This document shows, one piece after another, positions 1 through 8,249 of a stretch of 64,000 nucleotides of DNA (position 1 is its first letter; the number at the start of each line of letters is the position of its first letter). The position numbers and the translations under genes were made by a program. Location: contig OZ025782.1 in NCBI GenBank assembly GCA_964019425.1, positions 1 to 64,000 on the forward strand. The letters run 5' to 3'. The stretch is from Flectonema sp. DT1601. Lineage: Eukaryota. The notes beneath the pieces are model-generated. The model worked only from the letters and a program-made list of their open reading frames with translations, searched no databases and was not told the origin of the DNA.

Positions 1-1156
1 ACTGCAACGACAAACCCAACAATACCACCCGTCAATTTGAGAAGCATACTGGACACTGCAGAATGATCAACCACAGCTGGATTTTGGGTATCTCCTTCCA
101 CTAATTTTAGATATTTCTCGCATTCCTCCTGGGGTGCAATCAGCTCATCAACTGTAATTCTAGTAGATACATCAGCAAGGCTCATAGAAGCCGTCTCAAC
201 CCACGCATGGGTCTGACATGCCAATTCTTCATCCTCCCGAATACAGCACTTGAATTTATGACACTTTGCGCATAGAAAGCTCTCAGTAGCAGTACATGCT
301 GGACAACGTAGTTGATAACAACTTACCCCAAGACAAATGACACTCTTCATCTTATTTTCAACCAGAGCATCGCGGAGTTTTATCATCCCATTGATAGACA
401 TTCGTTGTGCCTCGTCGATGACCAGGAAGTCAGGTGGTTTGTCAAGAATACTTAGGTCATCGTTCAGTTTACATGAGTAGCGCTTGTATCCATTTTCCTG
501 TTCGAGGATAAGGGAGAGACATGTCTTGCCACAACCAGGTGGTGCTTCAACCCACTTCAACATCTTATCACTTTCTGCCATCAGGTTTCTCCTCAAGTTT
601 ACCAGCGGAAGGGCGGTGCTACCGAGGCAGCCAAGTCCATTGGGAAATCCGTGCCATTCATCGAAGTGGACTATGTAATCTGATCCAGTTCTTTCAACTT
701 CCTGTGATTGTTAGTTTCTATATAAGGCTTATTTTTGAATGAATGAAACTTACGAGGATAATAAATTGTTGGGGAAATATGAAAATCCCTTAGTTGCTTA
801 TTTATGGATTTAGATTTAAGGTATGCAGTGGTGCTTGGTTCCATCTCAGAAAAGGAACATACCCGTTCACTTGCATCTGGGATCTTCTTCCGATAGTCCA
901 CCTTCTCCTCCTCCAATCTCCTGATACGCAGTTTCAGATAGGTCTCTTGATTCTCCAGCAACTTGTACTCTTTTGTTTCCGTCTCTTCCTCTCTAGCGAG
1001 TTCTAACATCCGAGCCTGCAGGGTACCAAGTTCCTTCTCCTTCTGCTCTATCTTTTGATTGATTTTTTGAATCTCTTCCCAGAAATCAAACTTCGCCTGC
1101 TTCTTGTTATCCTCACCCTCATCATCACCACCCCTTTGGCTCTTCTTCCGCATCAT
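1..1156 (-). CDS. P-loop (AAA-like) NTPase with N-terminal coiled coil; 2 exons, 3'-partial (runs off window start)
   Basis: The 671..1156 ORF splices via a phase-0 GTATGT...CTAAC...CAG intron (702-862) into an open frame reaching position 1. That frame contains Walker A APPGCGKT (~522-545), Walker B FLVIDEAQ (~405-428) and a Cys-rich CPAC-x7-CAKC segment. Confidence 0.75.
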
Positions 1157-1457
1157 GTTCTGTATCTGTATCTAAAAAGGATAAGGGTTAGCAGGTACAA
1201 CTCCGAAAGAAATTCCTCACTATACACACAAAGCGACAAAATACATCGGCGTCACTTGGCACCCCGTTTGTCAACACTCACCCTGCTACAGAAATGTGAT
1301 TATTGTTCATATGTTGCTATATGGGGGGTTAACTGTTTGATTTTGTACGCAAAATACAAATGTATTGTATCATAAACAACATAACGATAATTTAACATTA
1401 GTTCTGAGATACAGTGACTAGGTGTGATGCTTAACTTAGCCTTTTAAAGTAACTATT

Positions 1458-1525
1458 AGGTTTCGAGAGTAATCCATATACCTCTTACCTCTATTCTCTC
1501 ATCATCAGTATGGTGTAGAAGTAAG
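1458..1525 (-). ncRNA. Hammerhead ribozyme-like motif with non-standard strand order
   Basis: Minus strand reads CCAUA-CUGAUGA-U-GAGAG-[AAUAGAGGUAAG]-AGG-UA-UAUGG-[AUUA]-CUCUC-GAAA-CCU. Complete catalytic core; stems I, II and III all Watson-Crick. Confidence 0.6.
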
Positions 1526-1668
1526 TCAATCATCTGTTGTGACTGAAGCATCTTAGTTAGCAAGACTGGGATGTAGTTACTTTGTTATAATGTTTATAAA
1601 AAAAATATATGGCGGGGTGAAACTTTGACAATGTAAAAACAGTAACAACTTTAGATATTAAAGAAAAC

Positions 1669-1690
1669 AGTTAGTTAGTTAGTTAGTTAG
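1669..1690 (-). repeat. (CTAA)5.5 tandem repeat, probable 3' tail of the retrotransposon
   Basis: Plus strand agttagttagttagttagttag at the end of the structured 3' UTR. Short tandem-repeat tails are common in I-group LINEs. Confidence 0.65.
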
Positions 1691-1909
1691 CAAGTCCATC
1701 AGACCACCGAGTATCGGTTAGGTAGACACTCAAAGAGTACCGGGTGGCTCTTCTGAGGGTCCCCAATACTGCGGCAGTAGGAAGAACCTAATCCCGGGGG
1801 ATTATTTTGTTAGTATCAGCACAGGGCATACTAGATCAGGAGACCTAGAAACACTTTGCTTCCACCTTGTCCGGTATACTAGCAGGAAACCACGCAATTA
1901 AGTAAACAA

Positions 1910-1968
<59 letters not shown>

Positions 1969-2095
1969 AGTTCTAATCTGAAACACTAAATAAACTTGAT
2001 ATTATGATGAAAAAAATAAAACAAAATAAAATAATATAAGATAACATAAAATAAAATAGATGAATTTAATAACTCAGTAAACACAGTTGATGATT

Positions 2096-5000
2096 TCAGG
2101 GATTAATTTTGAATAGTATATCTATGTAACTCCGAGTCGGAGGACCTCGCACCTTGTAGTCGAACCACTTCCGTTCTATCCGCTCATAGTTGGCGTAGTG
2201 GATCTTATTGAGCAGATCAGTAAATTGAGTCTTTTCTATACCATTATAGCAGAAAAGCTCAACTGTCCACAGAAAATTGTGTATTTCCTCGATCACCGTG
2301 TGATTGTAGGCATTATCGATGGCTTGTAAGACTTCGAGCTTATCTCGAGAAGTGAGTTTCGGAAGGTTAGAGAATTTAACAAGATGCCTCAATAACCACT
2401 GTCTCGGCAGGGCCGCACGCAGCGGAAAGCTCTGCAGGTAGCTCTCCAGGTCCTTCAGCATTGCAGCTAGTTTCGGCTGATTCTCTGTGGCAAAGAACGT
2501 ATGGTGGTGTTGTCCGTCATTTGTCGGGTCATCGCATTGCGGGATGTCCGGGAAGAATTGCTGCACTATGATCCTCGCGCCATTACATCTCGAGAGAAGG
2601 TGATGTGCGTCTGTGTCGGTGTGATTACAGAATCGACAGTCAGTAAGACCCAAGGCAGGGAGCTTTACCAGTTCGTGATGACCCGTTCTCACTCGGGCTA
2701 TAATAATCTCGTCACTTCTTAAAAGGTCCTGATGGAACTTCTGTACCCTACCAGACGATGTTGCCAAGTTGTGGACGTGTCGCGTATCTCGGGAGCGAAG
2801 CCATGCTTTTCTGACTTGGTTCACAATTGAACATTGAGCCATTCGGTAGTCAAAGGGAACCTCCGTGAGCGGTATCTCAGATGACGCAGCTTTGGAAGCC
2901 AGGCTATCAGCTAACTCATTTCCAATAACACCACAATGAGAAGGTACAAACTGCATCGTAAACGGGCGATTCAGGGTGGAAATCTGGCTGAGAATCTCGT
3001 GGTTGGTGCGCGAATGCTGGCAGAGGTACCCCTTGGCCAAGCTACTCAGCGATGACTGGCTGTCGGATATGATGTGTATCCTGCCGTTCGGTAGTTGTGG
3101 CGAATTATCGCGGACGATATCCAGAGCCGAGATCAAAGCCCTCTGTTCTGCGTTGTAAATCATCAGAGAGGGGTTATAGCGCTGTAGCTTCGTGTAACAT
3201 TTATTTCGGAAAACCAAGACCGCAGCATTCCCACAGTGGTAACACCCATCTTTGTCCTCAAAGTAAGAAGCATCTGTATAAACACGTGCAATCGCAGGTG
3301 GCAAGGATTCGATTGATGCAAGGGCATAATTTAGGTTGTGCTCTGTGTCTGGTGACTTACGAAAGTCCCTTGAAGGCAGAACCGTGACGTTTGGAGGAGG
3401 TTCCCAAGGAGCCTGATGGTGAGGCAGGTAGAATCTGGACTTGACACTGGGCGTCGGGAAGCATTTCGAGAAGTGGGTTGCTGAGGATTCCCAACGTCCT
3501 TCCTCCCCCTCTCCATTGAAAAGACTCCAGGTCGGAGCATTCTCTGCGTATCGTTGGTAACGTTCGTAGATGAGAGCCATGGATTTAGCCAGGTGTTGTT
3601 TGAATGGTAGGATGTCGGATTCTACTGAAACAGCTTGGACCGAAGCTGATGAAGAGCAACCAGTTAGCTTAAGCATGAGCTTCCTGTGTATGGTTTCTAC
3701 GCGTTTCCATGAGTCTCGGCGGAGATAGGGTGCATATGCTGCAAGTCCGTGGTAAGCTCTCGCTAGTACAAGGCCGTTAACAAGTTGCCTTAGCACTTCA
3801 GTTTTAATTTCGAAAGATGAGATCATCTTCAAGAGACCAATTCCCCGTTTCATAGTGCTAGTCACCTTATTCAGCTGGGGTTCGAATGTCAGTCTATCGT
3901 CAATCAGCACACCCAGGTAGCGAGCATGTTCAACACGGCGAATAGGTATTGCTGTAAAAATGTCAAGCTTCTTCTTGCCAACCCTGCTGCGAAAATCGGT
4001 TCGAGTTGATACGTCTCTCCCATTCACTGTCAAGGGAAAGACGGGACCACTTTCCAAATTTAACTGAGCGCCAGGACCTTCGTCTAATTTGTCCAACAAG
4101 AGCGACGGTTGGGAGAAGGATTCTAGTCTTTTCGTTGATGGTAGGTACAGCCTAGGGAATCTGCAGAGACCCTTGCCGGAGTCAAATCGAGTGCCGATCG
4201 CCAGGAATTCGGTCTTGGCCTGCGACAAACTCATGTTCGAGTCAGAGAGCCAGCTTTCTACCTGTCCAATCGCTTCATTGGCCTTGGTTTCAAGGTCTCC
4301 AATCTTATTGCTGCTCACAAATACTGAGAGGTCATCAGCGTAGAGCAGTTTAATGTCTGCTTTCGTGACAGACTGCGGGAGTGTGTCGACGTACAGCCTG
4401 AAAAGGAGAGGTCCCAGAATACTACCCTGCGGTACCCCCTTATTACAACCAATATCCTTCGAGTATGTTTTTCCATAAAGAAGCCGCGCTGAACGGTTCG
4501 AAAGGAAGTCCACTAACCATCGTACATATGGTTTGGGCAACAGCGGGATAAGTCTTTCTACTAATATACGATGGCTTACGTTGTCGAAAGCTCCGGAGAT
4601 ATCAAAGAAGAGTAATACGCCACATTTTTCGAAGTCTTGTCTGGTTTCCGACGCAGCGTTAGCCAAGATCGCAATATTTTCATCCGTAGTTCTGCCAGGA
4701 ACAAAGCCTGACTGATTGGGGTCTAAGCTCCCCTCCAATAGGTGTTCCAATCGGCGAAGGATAAGAGCTTCAATGAATTTTGCAACAATAGAAGTCATTG
4801 AAATAGGGCGGTACGAAGAAGGTTCTGAGGGGTCTTTTCCATTGCCTTTGAGAAAAGGAATGACGTTTGCCTTTTTGAAACACTCGGGGAGGATACCTCG
4901 TCTTAGAGACCAGTTGGCTATACGAAGGAGTACCAAAATCATTTGCGGTCCCAGATGTAGAAGCATGTTATTCGAGATGGAGTCCGGTCCTGCACTGTTT

Positions 5001-6250
5001 GTTCTCTTGAGGGAACTGAACACAGCCCGGGCTTCTTCCTGCGAGAAAGGACTACACTCCGGAGTTTCATAGTCACCAGGTTTTACCTTTGGAGCTTCTG
5101 GCCTAGTACTGTCAGAGCCGCTTGGGAAGAAACGGCTTATAAGCGACGTCATTGGAGCTCGTGGTGTTGGAAGTGCCGTCTTATCACCCCTGAGTTCCCG
5201 TATTTTTCTGTAGGTCCACGAGAAGCCCTTATCACAACCTTGGGAGGCTACTTGGCTGGGGGATAGAGGAGCTAGGATACGTTCCCTTCCCTTGTGTCGA
5301 GGCTTGCACCACTTGTTGGGTAGCTTGGCGATTGCTACTTTTTCTACCGTATGGACAAAGTTGTTTGAGAGTTTCTTCAAGGATTTTATCTTTAATAGTC
5401 GTGTTGTGTGTGATTCCAATGTATCAGAAAAGGCTGTCCAGTGTGCATCTTGGAACTGATTGAGGAGCCATTTGCGGTGTGGTGGTGAGTTGCTAAAGTT
5501 TGAGAAAGTCGTGATATCGAAGTCCGCTAAGATAGGTGTATGATCCGACATTAGTGCGTCAGGGTCATATTGGCAAACGCTCAGACATTTATGCTGAGGA
5601 GAGTGTAAGACCAGATCGGGGGTTGTACCGTGTTTCGGAATCGTCGGTTTGAGCTGAACTAACTCCAATCCGTTGTCATTTATCCAGTCAAAGACCGTTG
5701 AGCCTGCTGATTTTGTAGGGACTTTCTGTGACCAGGATTCATGATGGGCGTTAAAGTCACCAAAAGCCATGTCACCTAGATCGTATGATGATGGAAGGCG
5801 TGAAACACCGGGTGGAATATATATATTCTTAAAAGTTATGGAACCTATTGTTGAAGCGAGGCTGAATTCCAGCGCCTCAATGTCGGAGGATCCAGATGAT
5901 ACGTCGTTGTTGTGAGAGATCTTTAAACCATTTCTGAAATACGTCAGTAGGCCACCACCCCGGCTCTTGGAGACTGTCTTCCTGTCTCTCCTAATGTACG
6001 AGTACCCATCCATATGTAAAAGATCACTGTTGTTCTTATTCAGCCAGGTCTCCTGCAGGTTTATTATATCAGGGTTTGTTGCGTTAACGATGGACTCTAA
6101 GGCTGCTCTAGTGTTAGTAAGCGACCTTAGATTCCAGGATAAAATTCTCAGAGGACCCGGGTTTTGTTCTATCCCCGATCGGATTAAGAGCTGCCTCGCG
6201 GTGACCGTCAGATGGAAATCCCTGCTGGGATGTGGTTGGGGATGTCGTTG
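2096..6250 (-). CDS. LINE ORF2: 2A-like peptide, AP endonuclease, reverse transcriptase, RNase H, CCHC knuckle
   Basis: The frame is open from the ORF1 stop, upstream of the track ATG at 6013. APE motifs: ILSWN, LQETW, GDFNAHH, SDH. RT motifs: YRPISMTS, DISGAFD, GVPQGSILGP, YADD, YLG. RNase H motifs: VYTDAS, AE, SDSQS, PSHCGVIGNELAD. Knuckle: CRFC-x7-HHLLSRC. Confidence 0.95.
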   Translation of the reverse strand, partial: QRHPQPHPSRDFHLTVTARQLLIRSGIEQNPGPLRILSWNLRSLTNTRAALESIVNATNPDIINLQETWLNKNNSDLLHMDGYSYIRRDRKTVSKSRGGGLLTYFRNGLKISHNNDVSSGSSDIEALEFSLASTIGSITFKNIYIPPGVSRLPSSYDLGDMAFGDFNAHHESWSQKVPTKSAGSTVFDWINDNGLELVQLKPTIPKHGTTPDLVLHSPQHKCLSVCQYDPDALMSDHTPILADFDITTFSNFSNSPPHRKWLLNQFQDAHWTAFSDTLESHTTRLLKIKSLKKLSNNFVHTVEKVAIAKLPNKWCKPRHKGRERILAPLSPSQVASQGCDKGFSWTYRKIRELRGDKTALPTPRAPMTSLISRFFPSGSDSTRPEAPKVKPGDYETPECSPFSQEEARAVFSSLKRTNSAGPDSISNNMLLHLGPQMILVLLRIANWSLRRGILPECFKKANVIPFLKGNGKDPSEPSSYRPISMTSIVAKFIEALILRRLEHLLEGSLDPNQSGFVPGRTTDENIAILANAASETRQDFEKCGVLLFFDISGAFDNVSHRILVERLIPLLPKPYVRWLVDFLSNRSARLLYGKTYSKDIGCNKGVPQGSILGPLLFRLYVDTLPQSVTKADIKLLYADDLSVFVSSNKIGDLETKANEAIGQVESWLSDSNMSLSQAKTEFLAIGTRFDSGKGLCRFPRLYLPSTKRLESFSQPSLLLDKLDEGPGAQLNLESGPVFPLTVNGRDVSTRTDFRSRVGKKKLDIFTAIPIRRVEHARYLGVLIDDRLTFEPQLNKVTSTMKRGIGLLKMISSFEIKTEVLRQLVNGLVLARAYHGLAAYAPYLRRDSWKRVETIHRKLMLKLTGCSSSASVQAVSVESDILPFKQHLAKSMALIYERYQRYAENAPTWSLFNGEGEEGRWESSATHFSKCFPTPSVKSRFYLPHHQAPWEPPPNVTVLPSRDFRKSPDTEHNLNYALASIESLPPAIARVYTDASYFEDKDGCYHCGNAAVLVFRNKCYTKLQRYNPSLMIYNAEQRALISALDIVRDNSPQLPNGRIHIISDSQSSLSSLAKGYLCQHSRTNHEILSQISTLNRPFTMQFVPSHCGVIGNELADSLASKAASSEIPLTEVPFDYRMAQCSIVNQVRKAWLRSRDTRHVHNLATSSGRVQKFHQDLLRSDEIIIARVRTGHHELVKLPALGLTDCRFCNHTDTDAHHLLSRCNGARIIVQQFFPDIPQCDDPTNDGQHHHTFFATENQPKLAAMLKDLESYLQSFPLRAALPRQWLLRHLVKFSNLPKLTSRDKLEVLQAIDNAYNHTVIEEIHNFLWTVELFCYNGIEKTQFTDLLNKIHYANYERIERKWFDYKVRGPPTRSYIDILFKINP
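6152..6193 (-). other. 2A-like (StopGo) peptide QLLIRSGIEQNPG|P
   Basis: In frame directly before the APE start (P-LRILSWN). Matches (D/G)(V/I)ExNPGP as in L1Tc/Ingi 2A-like peptides, with G at the D position. Confidence 0.8.
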
Positions 6251-8249
6251 CTATTGCTTTGACATAGAACTCCGGTGAGGCGTCCTACCCCGTGATCTGC
6301 TGGGGGTATTCGTTCTGTCCCCGTAGGGAGAGAAGGAGTCTTGTAGCTGCTTTGCCACCTCTGATTCCTGTCCCAGGACTGATTTAGACCTGATTCTGTT
6401 CAGCATCGTCTTGTTGGATGCTTTCTTCGGAGGTGCCTTCGTGACTGGTGCTGTTGTGACTTCAGCAGTTGGAGGCTGTGCCGGCTTACCGTGCACCGGA
6501 GGTTTCATGTTCTGAGGTGGCACTTCAGTTGTTTCCGCAAGAGGAGACCCTTCCGGCGATGAGGACTGTTGAAGAACAGTGTGTTCGATCGAGAGTTTCT
6601 GCTCGTGCATTTGGTTAAGCCGAGCTAACAACTCCGATATTCTTCGTGACAGGTTAGCCACTTCGTCGGTGAGTCGGGAGTTCTGTTCCTGCATTTTAAC
6701 TTGCTGTTTCAGAAGATCTTGGATGCGAGCGTCTCTGTCTTCTAATGACGCCTGTGTCCGTGCTGACTGGTCCTTCTGTTGTTGATCTTGACGAGCCATG
6801 AGATCCGAGGCCTGTTCTGTTAAGCCCGTCACTTTGTCGGTTAGGTGGCCGTTCTGGACCTGCATCTGTCGCTGTTGTTTGAGAAGTTCTCCGATTCGAG
6901 TGTCCTTAGCGGAGTCGGATGGGGACGTAGTGTCAGTTGGGGTGCTGTTGTCCGGTGAAGGAGCAGAGTCATCTGGTGAGCTATCATCTATTGTTGAAGT
7001 AGGGAGCGATGGATATTCCGCTTCGTTACGTGGTGGCGGTTCTCGTTTGGACTCTCGGTTTATAGTCAGGAGGCCATGTCCCTTGCAGTGAACGGTGGAG
7101 AAGGTCGGTTCTTCTAGTGATTTCACTACAAAGAAACCTCTGCTACCCTTCTTCCTGTGGTGAGTCGCTGTGTCTACAATCCAACCCTGTCCACCTAGAA
7201 TCTTGATGAGGTCTGTAGTGCTGATCCTATGGAGAGAGGGACCTGTTATGAAGTAGCGGGTACCCGGTGTTGGAGGAGGCATGGCTAGTTGTCCCAGAGT
7301 CTTACGTGTATCTAGTTCCCTTCCCGGGTAAGTAACTAAACCAAGCTTCTTCGTTCCACGAAGAAGGATGACTGCCGCGTCGCAATAATCTGCAGCCTTG
7401 CGGGCAGTATTTAAGTCTGCTGTGTCCAGTCTGATCACGACTGTTTTCGGTAGGTCTTCTTGTATGTGTCTCGAAGCAGAGATAAAGAAGCCCTTGTGTT
7501 CCGCTGGAACGTGCGCTTGCAGGCGGTGAACTGCATCAGTAGGTATACGAAGGTTCACCGATGACACCTTCGGGGTGCGGACTTTAGATGCCCATATCTG
7601 GTGACGGTCTATGGGAGAGAAAGAGTGGTTCTTCGCAAAGTCGTTGTAGATCTTCAAGGCCGCTGCAGATAGATCCGAGGTTGAGAGTGCTTCGGTCTCA
7701 CCGTGTCCAGAGTGGTAGTTCAGTTGAACCACTCCGTTCGATACAGGATCCCCGCCCGAACGGACTAAAAGTTTGGCTATGGAGCCTGAGATTGTCGTTG
7801 CGTAGGCCTTGCGGACTACCGTCTTACCATCTAAGAGCAAAGGTACTTAAACGGCCTGTGTTGCTTCGTCGTTGGAGTTGTGGTATCTGGTCTGTCGGTA
7901 ACAGAAATACAGCCGAAGCCACTGCAGGGTTGTTGATGACTTCACAGCCATCTTTGACCTTAAGGTCCCAATCCTCATCGCGGAGTTGAGCCTTCCCCCA
8001 CGGTTTTGCTGGTTTTAGTTGTCTGGACACTACTGTTGCCCATGACGAGTTCTTCTTCGTATCTTCAGAACCCGTCTGCCTCGGTGTTTTCGACTTTGGT
8101 CTCGGTGATGGAGCCGTTCTCGGTGGAGCTGCCTTCGGTCTCGACACTGATGGCGGCGGAGGTTGCTTGTTCCTGCCATCTTGCGTGTTAGCTACCATGC
8201 TTAGCAGGGCGCTTAACAAGGTCTTCAACTGGACCCTCTTCTTTTTCAT
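6251..8249 (-). CDS. LINE ORF1 (gag-like, coiled coil), split by a +1 frame break at ~7824-7846
   Basis: ORF 7824..8249 has an ATG. ORF 6251..7840 has no nearby ATG and overlaps it in the +1 frame; it is Pro/Ser-rich with a heptad coiled coil. Confidence 0.75.

Noticed and set aside
671..673. Premature stop/frameshift suggesting an NTPase pseudogene
   Set aside because: Explained by a canonical phase-0 intron at 702-862.
6251..6253. Genome-wide UAG reassignment as the cause of the ORF1-ORF2 continuity
   Set aside because: Conserved genes SmD2 and GFUS end at TAG at their expected C-termini, and no in-frame TAG occurs in XPD or other long ORFs.
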